Shown: positions 17,480 to 27,773, counted from the first letter of the stretch. The stretch is 64,000 nt of DNA from a virus (IMGVR_UViG_3300042196_000163:10030-74029); one strand, 5' to 3'. Notes: a model not told the origin generated them from the sequence alone. Numbers and translations are program-made.

Positions 17480-20400
17480 TGGCTGACGCCGTCGAACGCG
17501 CAATTCACGTCCTGGACGGCGATAGCCTTGGCTATCAGCGGTCGATGGATGAGGCCGCGCGCGCCGGGCAGCGTCTAGTCGATTCTGCGGGCAAGGTCGA
17601 GACATCGACCGAGCGTCTTGGCAAAGCACACAAGAGCGCGGCGGATCAGGTCTCAGGCCTTGAGCGGCGGCTTGAGCCGCTCATTCGCGCGGAGCAGCAG
17701 CGCACGCGGGATATGGCGCTCCTGAATCGCGCCTATCGCGAGGGCGATATTCTGGTCGGGCGCTATACGGAGAACGTGCGGCGCGTCGAATCTGCCTACC
17801 AGCGTGCCGCCGAACGATCGAAGGCGCTCACGACTGCGGCCAACGACAACGTCTCGGCCTTTAGCGGATTCAGTGGCGTTCTAGGTAGGGTCAATACGCT
17901 GCTGGGCGGCTTTGGCGTCGCGATATCTGCAGTCGCACTGATCGCCTTCGCCCGCAACACGATCAACACGATCGGCGGGCTGGGAGAATTGGCGGACCAG
18001 GTCGGGCTCACGACCGATCAGTTGCAGGCCTATCAATTCGCCGCGGCGCAATCGGGGGTCAGCGCCGAGCAGCTACAGGGCGGCATCTCCCGGTTGACGC
18101 GTACCATCGGCGATGCGGCGCGCGGCGAGGACGCGGCAATCATCACATTCCGCCGCGCCGGTGTCGGCATCCTGGATTTTGCCGGCAATGTCCGCACGAC
18201 GGATGAAGTGTTAGGCGACATCGCCGAGCGCATCAAAGCCGCGAGCACAGAAGCGGAGCGCGGCGCTATTGCCTACGACATTTTCGGCAAGAGCGGCCAG
18301 CGCCTGATCCCGATGCTGAAGGATGGTCGCGAAGGCCTGGAGCGCTGGCGGGAAGAGGCGATCAAGGCCGGCGATGTCGCGTCGCGCGAGCTCATCGATC
18401 GCTTCGACAAAATGGCCGACCGGCTTGCCGTTGTCGGCATGCGCATGACGATCTGGTTCGGCGAGACACTCGACAGCCTGCTGACCAAGCTACAGGACCC
18501 AAAATACAAAGCCCTCGCAGCAGTCCTTGGCGGCGCGGCGGCCGGCGGATTTCTGGCTGGGCCTCTGGGTGCCGCTGCCGGCGCTGGTGTTGGTCTTGGC
18601 ATGACGATTACCGATCTGTTCCCCGACAAGGAAATCGAGGAAGCCGCAGCGCGCGTCGAACGTCTGCGCGTTGAAATGGAGAAATTGACCGCAACCTATC
18701 TCGACGCACAGGCGGCCGGCGCCGGCGGCGGGATGTTCGCGTTGCTCGGCGGCCAGCTCGCGGCCAAGCAGAAGGAATTCACTGTCGCTTTCCAAGCATT
18801 GCAGATCGCCCGCCAGCCCGGCGGTCCCGGCAATCTAGGAGGCGGCGGCGGCTCGCCCGAACTCGGCTTTGGCGCCGGCGGTCCTGGCGGCGGCAGCGGG
18901 GCCGGCACAGGGCAAATGTTGACGGTGGCCGCAAAGGCGATCGCCGAGCTCAACGATGAAGGTTCGAAGCTTCGTGAGCTGACCGACGCGCTCGACAAGG
19001 GCGACGTCGCAATCCAGCGCGTGACCGATCATTACGCCGCGTTGGTTGCCGTCCGCAAGCTCGGCAAGGACGCCAGTGATGACGAACGCAAGTCCGTTTA
19101 CAACCTGACGCGTGACAATGCCGAGCTGGCGCGCTCCTATGAGCTCGTAACGGCCGCGCGCAAGCAAGACATCGCGATCATCGACAAATACGTCGACGCC
19201 TTCGATCGCCAGGAAGAGGCTGACCGCAAGCGCACGGAGTCCTTCAACGCCTCGCGCGATTCCTTCAAGCAGGGCCTCGACGACCAGATCAAGGACAACG
19301 AGCAGCTCGCAACCGCCGCCGAAAAAACGACCATCGTCTATAACCAGCTGACCGGCGCATTCGAGTTAAACACGAACGAGCTGATCCGCCGCCGGGCGAT
19401 CCTCGAGGCCGAGCGCAAGGGCCTCGACCCCGAAGAGGCCAAGCGCTACGCCGACGAGCTGGTCCGGCAGAGCGAGCGCATCAAGGCGATCAACGACGGG
19501 CAGCAGCGGGCACTGGAGCGGCAGCAGGCCACGTTCAACGAGCTCGCCAACTTCGCCGATCGCGCCTTCGACCGCATCGGGTCAGCCATCACCGAGGCCT
19601 TCGTCCAGGGCAAGGACGCGGCGATCAACTTCGGCTCGATCGCGAAAGGGGTGATGTCCGAGCTTCTGCAGGAGATGCTCAAGCTCGCGATCCTCAACCC
19701 GCTGAAAAACAACCTGTTCGGCCAGAACAACCCGACGCTGGGCAACGTCACCAGCATGCTCAGCGGGGGGTCGACGTCGGGCATCAGCGGCGGCGGCTTC
19801 AACCCGCTGTCGATGTTCTCCGGCGGCGGCGGGACCGGCGGCAGCACGTTCGGCGGTATCGGCGACATCTTCGGGGGCCTCTTCGGCAGCGCTGCGGGGC
19901 CATCGACCGCGGCGGCTGCCACATCCTCCGCTATTGGCCCAGGCGGCCTCTTAGCCGGCGGCGGGGCTACCTCCCTTGCCGGCGGTGCCTCTGGGGGCCT
20001 CAGCGCCGGCCTTAGCGGCGCCATGGCGGCCATCCCGGTCTGGGGCTGGATCGCACTCGCCGCGAGCACGGCGAAGAAATTCACGACCGGCAAAGACCCG
20101 AAGTCGGTAATGGGCGGGCTCAATACCTTCCTGCTGCCGTCGATCGACGAGTGGATGCAGAACCCGGTCCGCTCGTTTGGCAACGTCATCGACCCGATGG
20201 GCACGTTCCTCGCCGACCACCTGGGAGAGGACAACCCGCTTCGCTATCTCAGCCCGGGTGGGCTCTTTGCATTTGCAGAGGGCGACGTGCCGAAACCCTA
20301 CGCCAGCGCCGGCGGCGTGCTCACGCGCGGCAAGTTCAACATGACGCAGACCACGCAGCTCGACGACATGCCGCTCGAGGGCGTGACCGGGAGCGTGCAG

Positions 20401-21327
20401 TCGATCGCGAACGCGCTGCAAAGCTTGAGCGAGGCCGGTGGCGGCCGCCTGGTCGGCGATCTCCATCTACTGGCGGCGACCGGGAAAGAGGCCGGCGGGT
20501 TTTCGCTCGCGGCCCGCGCCTTCGGCGGATCCGGCTGGAACACGGACACCAATCAGGTTGCGCCGTTCATGCCCGGCTCGCCCGAGCAATTGACGCTCGC
20601 GGTCTTCAAGCAATTGGTCAATATCGGGGCCGTCAGCGGCCTGTCGCCGAGCGCCAAGCAAGTCGCACTCACGTCGACATCGACCGACCTCAATGAATTC
20701 GCCAAGGACATCGATCTCGCGCAATTGCTGTCGGCTGGGTCGGTCGCCGCGCGCGAGCTCACCAAGAATTTCGAGGCGCTCAACGATCAGTTCGGAGATA
20801 TGAGCTCGCGCGCGCAGCGCCTGGGCCTCGATCTCTCCGTCGTTCAAAAGATGCAGACCGAGCAGTTCGACGCCCTGATCGGGCAGGAGCTCGATTCCCG
20901 TTACGGCGGCCTGTCAGCCCTGGTCGACAGCTTGAAAATCGGGGCTGGTTCGGCCTTGTCGCCGCAATCGCAGCTCGACGAAGCGCAGCGCCAATTCGAT
21001 GAGCTTTTTGCCAAATCGCAAAGCGGCGATGCCGGCGCCCTGTCCGGGCTGGGCCAAGCCGGCCGCAACCTGATCGATCTCGGCCGCGACTATTTCGCGA
21101 CGACCGATCCGTTCGCGAAGATCTACGAATCGGTCCTCAGCAAGACGCAAGAGATTCTGGGCGCCGCCCAGAGCAGCGATCCGATCGTGAAGATCATCGC
21201 GGAGAGCGGCGCAATGGGTCGCGCGTCGACCGAGAAATATTTCACGGCGCTGATTGAGGAAGTCCGGCAGCTCCGCGCCGAGGTCCGCCGCGGCAACGAC
21301 ACGCCATCCATAGGGGCACAGATCTAA
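17479..21327 (+). CDS. Tape measure protein
   Basis: 1282 aa, helical and Ala/Gly-rich; QVGLTTDQLQAYQFAA motif; position after the chaperones. Confidence 0.9.
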   Translation: MADAVERAIHVLDGDSLGYQRSMDEAARAGQRLVDSAGKVETSTERLGKAHKSAADQVSGLERRLEPLIRAEQQRTRDMALLNRAYREGDILVGRYTENVRRVESAYQRAAERSKALTTAANDNVSAFSGFSGVLGRVNTLLGGFGVAISAVALIAFARNTINTIGGLGELADQVGLTTDQLQAYQFAAAQSGVSAEQLQGGISRLTRTIGDAARGEDAAIITFRRAGVGILDFAGNVRTTDEVLGDIAERIKAASTEAERGAIAYDIFGKSGQRLIPMLKDGREGLERWREEAIKAGDVASRELIDRFDKMADRLAVVGMRMTIWFGETLDSLLTKLQDPKYKALAAVLGGAAAGGFLAGPLGAAAGAGVGLGMTITDLFPDKEIEEAAARVERLRVEMEKLTATYLDAQAAGAGGGMFALLGGQLAAKQKEFTVAFQALQIARQPGGPGNLGGGGGSPELGFGAGGPGGGSGAGTGQMLTVAAKAIAELNDEGSKLRELTDALDKGDVAIQRVTDHYAALVAVRKLGKDASDDERKSVYNLTRDNAELARSYELVTAARKQDIAIIDKYVDAFDRQEEADRKRTESFNASRDSFKQGLDDQIKDNEQLATAAEKTTIVYNQLTGAFELNTNELIRRRAILEAERKGLDPEEAKRYADELVRQSERIKAINDGQQRALERQQATFNELANFADRAFDRIGSAITEAFVQGKDAAINFGSIAKGVMSELLQEMLKLAILNPLKNNLFGQNNPTLGNVTSMLSGGSTSGISGGGFNPLSMFSGGGGTGGSTFGGIGDIFGGLFGSAAGPSTAAAATSSAIGPGGLLAGGGATSLAGGASGGLSAGLSGAMAAIPVWGWIALAASTAKKFTTGKDPKSVMGGLNTFLLPSIDEWMQNPVRSFGNVIDPMGTFLADHLGEDNPLRYLSPGGLFAFAEGDVPKPYASAGGVLTRGKFNMTQTTQLDDMPLEGVTGSVQSIANALQSLSEAGGGRLVGDLHLLAATGKEAGGFSLAARAFGGSGWNTDTNQVAPFMPGSPEQLTLAVFKQLVNIGAVSGLSPSAKQVALTSTSTDLNEFAKDIDLAQLLSAGSVAARELTKNFEALNDQFGDMSSRAQRLGLDLSVVQKMQTEQFDALIGQELDSRYGGLSALVDSLKIGAGSALSPQSQLDEAQRQFDELFAKSQSGDAGALSGLGQAGRNLIDLGRDYFATTDPFAKIYESVLSKTQEILGAAQSSDPIVKIIAESGAMGRASTEKYFTALIEEVRQLRAEVRRGNDTPSIGAQI

Positions 21328-21328
21328 C

Positions 21329-22495
21329 ATGCTCAATCTGTCGCGCGTCAAAGCCCTGACCTCGACTCCAGGGCTCAGCACATATGAGCTGGTCGCCGCC
21401 GGCGCGTTGTATCGGTCTTGGGATACCGACATGCCGACGGGGGCGGTTGTCCGGTATTTCGTCACCGACCTGACGCAGTTCGAGCGCGGCGTCGGCGTCT
21501 TCACCGTGGGATCGCCGTCGACGATCTCGCGCGACACAATTCTTGAGAGCTCCACCGGCGGCAAGATCAACTGGGCGGCCGGCAACCGCGACATCTTCTT
21601 AGATCCGGAGGCCGGGTGCGAGCCATCGCTGGCGGTTGCCGGTGCTCTCACAATCGCCATCAAGCATATCGGTGCACGGCTCGTCTACAGCGGGTCAGGC
21701 CATACCTGGACCGTGCCCTCGGCGGCGACTCTCGGCAACGGCTTCAGGGTCCTCATCGATAACCAGGGGACGGGTTCGATCACGCTGAGCGGGCCGACTT
21801 TGTCGGTGCCTCCCGGCGCCGTGGCGCTTCTCACGAATGACGGCAGCGCTTGGCGCCTGATGCCGGGCATCGGCGACACGCATCGCGGGCTGCGCGGCAT
21901 CGACATCACAGCGGCCTCCTCCATCGCGATCCCGGATGTCGGCGATTTCTTCGTGGTCACCGGCGCCACGGGGATCGCCGGCATGACCTTCGGCGCCGCG
22001 GCACGGCCTGGGCGCGAATTCGAATTGTATTTTTCCGGGGCGCCGACGCTGACGAATAGCGCCGGGCTGCTTCTATTCGGCGGCGTGAATTTAAAGGCCG
22101 TTGCCGCCGACACAATCCGGTTCCGCAAGGGCACTGGAAACAACGTTCAGATGGTCGGCGCGCCGACGCCGCCGCATCACTCGTCGATGTGCAAGGGCTG
22201 GGCGAAACTCAACTATAACGGCACGTTCCAAGCGGCCTACAACGTATCGAGCGTGGGCGATTTGTCGGCGGGGCTGATGGAGGTGAATTGGGCCCAGGAT
22301 TTCGCATCGGCGGAATATGCGGCTTTTGCCAATGCTGTGCTCGATCCAGGCGGAGCGGCCGCGTCGACAATTACAACGATAATCGGCAATACCTCCTTGG
22401 CGGCCGGCACGACGCGCCTCTATTGCATTGTTTTGAGCACATTCGCCGGGGCCGATACCAATTTCATGATGGTGGGAGCGTTCGGCGATCAATGA
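21329..22495 (+). CDS. Tail fibre/receptor-binding-like protein
   Basis: N-terminal RVKALTSTPG; C-terminal CKGWAKLN..AYNVSSVGD..G.MEVNW, as in short fibres. Confidence 0.6.
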   Translation: MLNLSRVKALTSTPGLSTYELVAAGALYRSWDTDMPTGAVVRYFVTDLTQFERGVGVFTVGSPSTISRDTILESSTGGKINWAAGNRDIFLDPEAGCEPSLAVAGALTIAIKHIGARLVYSGSGHTWTVPSAATLGNGFRVLIDNQGTGSITLSGPTLSVPPGAVALLTNDGSAWRLMPGIGDTHRGLRGIDITAASSIAIPDVGDFFVVTGATGIAGMTFGAAARPGREFELYFSGAPTLTNSAGLLLFGGVNLKAVAADTIRFRKGTGNNVQMVGAPTPPHHSSMCKGWAKLNYNGTFQAAYNVSSVGDLSAGLMEVNWAQDFASAEYAAFANAVLDPGGAAASTITTIIGNTSLAAGTTRLYCIVLSTFAGADTNFMMVGAFGDQ

Positions 22496-23082
22496 TTAGG
22501 CCCATCCTCTGCACCATGCCGGACAGGTCGGTCGCCATTTACACGCCCAGCCTTGAGTGCATGAAGGCGTTGACACATGGCGGCGGTCTGATCAAGCCGT
22601 GGATGCGGCAGCGCGCCACAGACAATATGATTCGCAATGGCCGCCGGCCGCAATTTGCTCGCCTGTGGATTGAGGCGGCTATCAATGGCGGGATGACCGA
22701 CGCTGAGTTCTACGAAGCGCTCATCGAAAAAGACGCGACGCCGAAAGGGGCTGCCGCGCCGGAGCTGATCGACGAAACGCCCAGGGACAGATGGTTCCGC
22801 GACGCCTGGCGGCGCTCGCACAACGGCGGACCGATCGATATCGATCTGGAGGTGGCTCGGCGCGTGCACGCCAAGCACATCTTAAGCGCGAAGGACGCCG
22901 TTGAGGGCAGCGAAAAAGCGCGGATCGACGAGATCTTGCTTGGAAAATCGAAAGTCGCCGCCATCGATATGAGGGCGGTCGGCGTTCGCATCAACCGCGC
23001 GCGCGACATCGGTGAATTGCGGCAGATATGGCCGCGCGCGCTGCAAAAACCGGCGCTCTATCCGATTGGCCTCGGCGCGTGA
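22492..23082 (+). CDS. Putative tail fibre assembly chaperone
   Basis: ATGA overlap; DRWFRDAWRR..IDIDLEVARRVH motif; follows the fibre gene. Confidence 0.5.
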   Translation: MIRPILCTMPDRSVAIYTPSLECMKALTHGGGLIKPWMRQRATDNMIRNGRRPQFARLWIEAAINGGMTDAEFYEALIEKDATPKGAAAPELIDETPRDRWFRDAWRRSHNGGPIDIDLEVARRVHAKHILSAKDAVEGSEKARIDEILLGKSKVAAIDMRAVGVRINRARDIGELRQIWPRALQKPALYPIGLGA

Positions 23083-23246
23083 GCGGGTTCGCGCCACACG
23101 GAGAGTTGCCGCACGGCGTCCTGCCGGCCGCAGACCAGGACGCAGAGATCGCGGTCGCTCCGCCGCTGGTGAAGGGTGCGGCCGGCCGTGACTGGATCAT
23201 CCTTCTCGAGATCGATGCCATACAGAAAACGGTGACCGACACATGA
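23079..23246 (+). CDS. Small ORF sharing its N-terminal motif with the next gene
   Basis: GTGA and ATGA overlaps; begins GFAPHGELPHGVLP. Confidence 0.5.
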   Translation: MSGFAPHGELPHGVLPAADQDAEIAVAPPLVKGAAGRDWIILLEIDAIQKTVTDT

Positions 23247-24784
23247 CCGGTTTCGGTCCGCACGGTACGCTTCCCCATGGCGTCCTCCCGGACTCCGCAG
23301 CGGTCGTCACGACGACCGCGACACTGCGCTATTCGACCCATGGCTATACATCAAAGCCCACCGATACGCCGGCAAACATCGGATTCGATCCCCGCATTGT
23401 CGACGGCCCCGTCTTCGAGCAATCGGTTCCCCTGATCGGCACCGCCGGCCGCGCCGCGTTAGGCTTCGGCGACATCGCGTTATGGAATGGCGATTATGCG
23501 CTCACGCCGCTGCTGGATCAGTATGCGATCGACGGCCGATCGGTAACGCTGCTGGCTGGTGACGGCACCCGGGCCTATATCGGCACCTGGCCAGCGGTTT
23601 CCACGTTCTCGACGCTATTCGCTGGCACCTCGCTCGGCTGGCGCCCCGACGGCGATCTCATCCGGATTCGCCTGCGCGACATTGTCTCCCGCCTCGACAT
23701 CCCGGCGCAGGCCGAGATCTATGGCGGCACCGGCGGCATCGAAGGCACGTCCGACCACGCCGGCAAGCCAAAGCCGATCGCGCTGGGGGCATCCTTCAAC
23801 GTCGCCCCTGTGCCGCTGGGTCCGGTCGATCTCGGCGATGGCCTGCTCTATACATTTCATGTCCATTTCAGGGCCATCCAAGACGTGACCTCGGTGCGCG
23901 AGCGGGGCGCCGAGATCACACGGACAGCGGCCGCGCCAGGCCTCGCCGAATATAAGGTTTGGCCGTCGTTGGGAGTCTTCCAGCTCGGCTTCACGCCCAA
24001 CGGTGAAATCAAGTGCGATATCCAAGGCGACGCCGTGCCCTATTATCTGGCATCGCCGAGCCGACTGGTGCGGCGCCTCGTCGAGGATCTCGGCACGCTG
24101 ACGCTCGCCGATATCGATACGGTCGCGTTCGACACCTTTGAGTATCTGCGTCCTGGTAACACCGGTCTTTGGGTCGGCGCCGAAACCGTCACCGTCCGCG
24201 CCCTTGTCGAATATCTTGTTGGCGGCGTCGGGGGATTCGCGACCCAGACCAGGGCCGGCTTGCTGCGCATCGCGGTTCTCGACGCGCCCACGCTGGTCGC
24301 CGACGCGACGCTCGACGAAGTCGATATCCAGGCATTGGAGCCCCTCGAACTCCCGGCTGGGCTCAACCCGCCGCCGAAGCGTTTCCGGGTCGGGTGGAAG
24401 CGTAACTGGGCGCCGTCGGCCGATCTCGCGCCCGTCGTGGCACAGGATTTCGGCGCCACCTTGATCGAGGAATGGCGGTTCGTGCAGGAGTTCGTTGGGT
24501 CGGTGGCGCTCAGCCATGCCCAGGCCGGCGAGCTCACCATCACCAGCGCTTATGCCGACGCGGTCTACGCGCAGATGGAGGTCGAGCGGCTGGCGAACCT
24601 CTATACGCCGGCGCGGCGCGCCTTCCGGATCGTGACCGGCGCCTATCTCGGTCAGATCGAGCTCGCTCACACCGTTCGATTTACGTGGCCCTTTCACGGG
24701 CTGTCTGCCGGCCGCAATGGCGTCGTCTATGGCTGGCGGGAAAACCGGCCCGCCGGCCAGATCGAACTCTATGTCTACGGGTGA
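23243..24784 (+). CDS. Tail tip/hub protein
   Basis: TLRYSTHGYTSKPTDTPAN; YGGTGGIEG..GKPKPIALG; located in the tail tip region. Confidence 0.7.
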   Translation: MTGFGPHGTLPHGVLPDSAAVVTTTATLRYSTHGYTSKPTDTPANIGFDPRIVDGPVFEQSVPLIGTAGRAALGFGDIALWNGDYALTPLLDQYAIDGRSVTLLAGDGTRAYIGTWPAVSTFSTLFAGTSLGWRPDGDLIRIRLRDIVSRLDIPAQAEIYGGTGGIEGTSDHAGKPKPIALGASFNVAPVPLGPVDLGDGLLYTFHVHFRAIQDVTSVRERGAEITRTAAAPGLAEYKVWPSLGVFQLGFTPNGEIKCDIQGDAVPYYLASPSRLVRRLVEDLGTLTLADIDTVAFDTFEYLRPGNTGLWVGAETVTVRALVEYLVGGVGGFATQTRAGLLRIAVLDAPTLVADATLDEVDIQALEPLELPAGLNPPPKRFRVGWKRNWAPSADLAPVVAQDFGATLIEEWRFVQEFVGSVALSHAQAGELTITSAYADAVYAQMEVERLANLYTPARRAFRIVTGAYLGQIELAHTVRFTWPFHGLSAGRNGVVYGWRENRPAGQIELYVYG

Positions 24785-24790
24785 GGCCTG

Positions 24791-25684
24791 ATGTTCGGCG
24801 CAACGTATTTCGCCCCCCCGTATTTCGGCCCTCCATACTTCGGCGGTGAAGGCGGCGACATCATCGTCGTGCCGCCGCCGGCGCCGGCGGCCGAGCTGGG
24901 CTCCGGCGTCATCCTGTATAACGACCGCATTGCATCCGCGATTCTTTCAGGGTCGACCACGCCCTCGACGCTGACGCTCGACCGTCTGCAGGACCCGCAG
25001 CCGACCAACGTCGCCCGCATCCTGGCCTCTTCCGGATTCATCATCGGGGATTTCGGCTCAGCCGTCGCCATCGGCGCGAGCGTGTTCCATGGCACCAGCC
25101 TGGGGGTGACCGCCACCGTTCGCCTGCGTCTATCCAGCGCCGACCCAACGGGCGTTGCCGGCGATATCTACGACAGCGGCGTCGTCCTCGCCGGTGCCGA
25201 CCAGCGCTACCGCGGCAGCTTCTATCAAGTTCTCGATGAGGATCTGTCGGCGCGTTTCGTCCGCGTCGATATCGTCGACCCCGCCGCATCAACCATCGAC
25301 CTCGGCATCTGGCTTGCCGGTCCGGTGCTGCGCCCGGAAATCAACTTCTCGCCGCCGCGCCCGTTGGGGTATGTCGATTATGGCTCGGCCATCCCGAGTG
25401 CCGCCGGCATCACGCATGTCATGGAGCGTCGGCGCGCGCGCAACACCGAGCTGCGCTTCGAATGGGCCGACCAGGACGAGGCCTTCGGCGACCTCTCGTT
25501 CTTCGACATGCAGCGGATGTGCGGGATCGTGCAGAACGTCGCCATTATTTCCGACCCGCTGTCGTCCTATCGGGCGGCTGAGCTCGTGGTCGGAACGGTG
25601 ACGCAGCTCATCCCGATCCAGTTTCCGGCGGTGATGGATCCGCAGCCATTCGTTTGCGTCGTCAACGTCATCGAGCGATTGTAG
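24791..25684 (+). CDS. Tail tip (distal-tail-like) protein
   Basis: DRLQDPQPTNVAR..RFVRVDIVD..DLGIWLAGP; last tail gene. Confidence 0.6.
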   Translation: MFGATYFAPPYFGPPYFGGEGGDIIVVPPPAPAAELGSGVILYNDRIASAILSGSTTPSTLTLDRLQDPQPTNVARILASSGFIIGDFGSAVAIGASVFHGTSLGVTATVRLRLSSADPTGVAGDIYDSGVVLAGADQRYRGSFYQVLDEDLSARFVRVDIVDPAASTIDLGIWLAGPVLRPEINFSPPRPLGYVDYGSAIPSAAGITHVMERRRARNTELRFEWADQDEAFGDLSFFDMQRMCGIVQNVAIISDPLSSYRAAELVVGTVTQLIPIQFPAVMDPQPFVCVVNVIERL

Positions 25685-25808
25685 CCGAACATAGATAGGC
25701 CGTGCATTTGGCGCGCATTATGACAGAATAATTTGAGAGCGCCCCCCGACCGCTGGTTGCACAACGGCCGGGAGGACTACCACAGAGTACCTGTATGAGA
25801 GGTGCCCC

Positions 25809-26120
25809 ATGGGTCGGCGTAAGGTATCGATTTTCTTCGCGCTCGCAACAAGCCTGGGGATAACTCCGGTCCTGGGGCATGGTTCCGCCGATTGGATCCG
25901 GCAGCATCCGGACTTCTCGTACTGCTGTAACGAGCGCGACTGCCACGCCATCAGCCCGGCGACCGTGACGCTGAATGGCGACACCTACAGCTTCGCTCAT
26001 GACGGCAAGGCTTATCTCGCGAGCGAATCCGAAGCCAAGCCATCGATCGATCATCGGTTCTGGGCCTGCATCTGGGATGGCAAGGTGCGGTGTTTCTTCC
26101 GCCCGTTGCTCGGGTCATGA
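25809..26120 (+). CDS. Exported Cys-rich hypothetical protein
   Basis: Signal-like N-terminus; YCCNERDC and FWAC..RCFF motifs. Confidence 0.55.
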   Translation: MGRRKVSIFFALATSLGITPVLGHGSADWIRQHPDFSYCCNERDCHAISPATVTLNGDTYSFAHDGKAYLASESEAKPSIDHRFWACIWDGKVRCFFRPLLGS

Positions 26121-26446
26121 CCCGCCTGGTCGCCTTCCTCGTCCTGGTGTCGGCCTTGGGCCTGCTGGTGATGCGATACGCGGAAGGCCAGACGCCCGAT
26201 GCTGCCCCACAAACCGCGCCTCCGTGTGTGAAGCGCGCCACGCTGGTCGCGCACCTGGCGAACAAATTCGAGGAGCGCGTGCGCGTCATCGGCATCGCCG
26301 AGAACGGCACCGCTTTTGAACTTTTCGAATCCCCGGGCGGCGAGACGTGGACCGCCTTCATCACGATGGCCAACGGTGTGTCATGTCTAGTCGCGACCGG
26401 AACCGATCTCACGATCCTTCCGCGCAACTCGGGCAGGGGCACGTGA
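26117..26446 (+). CDS. Exported hypothetical protein of an alphaproteobacterial type
   Basis: Signal peptide; C.KR..L..KFEE..ELFES..ETWT..SCLVATG. Confidence 0.6.
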   Translation: MTRLVAFLVLVSALGLLVMRYAEGQTPDAAPQTAPPCVKRATLVAHLANKFEERVRVIGIAENGTAFELFESPGGETWTAFITMANGVSCLVATGTDLTILPRNSGRGT

Positions 26447-26688
26447 CGCGCCGCGGCGTGATCAGCTTCGTCGACTGGTCGCACAAGCTGGTGAGCCTGT
26501 TCCTGGCACCGCTGATCCTCGGGATGCTTTATTGGGCCGGCGGCACGTTCATCGAAGTGCGCGATGCAGTCCGGGACCTGCGCAAGACCGTCGAGATCGA
26601 GGTCCCGCATCTGCAGCGCGCCGACCGGCAGATCGATGAGCGCGTCGTGCGCCTCGAAGGTTGGGTGTTCGGGCGCAGAGAACGATGA
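26443..26688 (+). CDS. Holin-like single-TM plus coiled-coil protein
   Basis: One TM helix; directly upstream of the endolysin. Confidence 0.45.
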   Translation: MTRRGVISFVDWSHKLVSLFLAPLILGMLYWAGGTFIEVRDAVRDLRKTVEIEVPHLQRADRQIDERVVRLEGWVFGRRER

Positions 26689-27176
26689 TGGGCCTCGACG
26701 CCCGCCATCTCCGCCTTCACATCGTCCGGCCGACGCTGGCATATCTCAATCCAGCGTGGCGCTACAGCCTCGCCGCCGAGAACTTATTGATGGGGACAGC
26801 CGCCCATGAAAGCGGCGGGTTCAAATGGCTGGTGCAGCGCGATGGTGGGCCGGCGCGCGGCCTTTGGCAGATCGAGCCGGCGACGCTCAAGGACATCATC
26901 GACCGATATCTGCACAAGCCGAAACACGTCGAGCGTTTCAGCCATGTGATGGCGCTCACCGGGACGGCGCCGACGCGCGAAGAGCAGCTCGTCACCAATC
27001 TTGCTTTTGCCTGTGCGATCGCGCGGGTGCGCTACGCGATGTCGCCGGACCCGCTGCCCGCGGTCGCCGATGACATCGAGTCGTTGGCCCGAATATGGAA
27101 ACGAGTCTACAACACCCATATCGGGGCCGGCAGCATCAGCGAGTTCCGCGCGGCATACGAGACCTATTGCCGATGA
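26685..27176 (+). CDS. Endolysin (lysozyme/lytic transglycosylase-like fold)
   Basis: LLMGTAAHES..LVQRDGGPARGLWQIEPAT; YNT near the C-terminus. Confidence 0.75.
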   Translation: MMGLDARHLRLHIVRPTLAYLNPAWRYSLAAENLLMGTAAHESGGFKWLVQRDGGPARGLWQIEPATLKDIIDRYLHKPKHVERFSHVMALTGTAPTREEQLVTNLAFACAIARVRYAMSPDPLPAVADDIESLARIWKRVYNTHIGAGSISEFRAAYETYCR

Positions 27177-27502
27177 GCGTGCCGATCACCTTCGTCGAGC
27201 GCATCAAGAACGGCGCCGATCGCGACGACACCGATCGCCTCTTGCGCAAGGATCTCCCGGCCGGCGCCGTCAGCTGGTCTGTGGACCTCGACGGTCGCAT
27301 CGCCATCCTCAATTTCGTCTGCCCCTGCGGCTGCGGTGTGGTCGGATCACTGCCGGTACGCGCCGGTTTCGGCCAGGCCGACAAGCATTGGACCTGGGAC
27401 GGCAGACGCGACAAGCCGACGCTGACGCCCTCAATCGAGCGGACCAGCCCGTGCAAGTGGCGCGGCTATCTGACATCGGGCGAGTTCCTGGCCATCAACT
27501 GA
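27173..27502 (+). CDS. DUF6527-like protein
   Basis: FVCPCGCG..WTWDG..KPTLTPSI..CKWRGYLTSG. Confidence 0.7.
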   Translation: MSVPITFVERIKNGADRDDTDRLLRKDLPAGAVSWSVDLDGRIAILNFVCPCGCGVVGSLPVRAGFGQADKHWTWDGRRDKPTLTPSIERTSPCKWRGYLTSGEFLAIN

Positions 27503-27527
27503 CTGCGCCGGCGCTGGAGGCGGACTC

Positions 27528-27773
27528 ATGATTCGCGACTGGTTTATCGCCATCATTCAGGGCCTCGCCTGCCTCAAGGGGATCGAGCGCTATTGCAGCA
27601 TCGCCGCCGGGGCGATCTGGATCGACCGCCCCGAACTCAGTTGGCTCGGCACCTACATCTTCATCTTCGGCGCGGTGTTCGGCCTGCTCGGCGCGATTGC
27701 GGACAAATTCAACCAGCGTTTTTTCCATCGCATGATCGAACGGTTACGCGCGCCGCATCCGAATGGCCTCTAA
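27528..27773 (+). CDS. Small membrane protein
   Basis: Hydrophobic segment; GGAGG upstream. Confidence 0.45.
   Translation: MIRDWFIAIIQGLACLKGIERYCSIAAGAIWIDRPELSWLGTYIFIFGAVFGLLGAIADKFNQRFFHRMIERLRAPHPNGL

Noticed and set aside
23221-23246. Programmed -1 frameshift joining the 55-aa ORF to the hub gene
   Set aside because: No X XXY YYZ heptamer at the junction; kept only as an open possibility in the findings.
23615-24697. 360-aa reverse ORF
   Set aside because: Shadow of the tail hub gene.
21329-25684. Diversity-generating retroelement or shufflon acting on tail genes
   Set aside because: No reverse transcriptase, no template/variable repeat pair, and no duplicated fibre C-termini seen.
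15269-25684. Contractile tail or gene transfer agent
   Set aside because: No sheath or baseplate wedge genes; integrase, repressor and replication modules indicate a true temperate phage.
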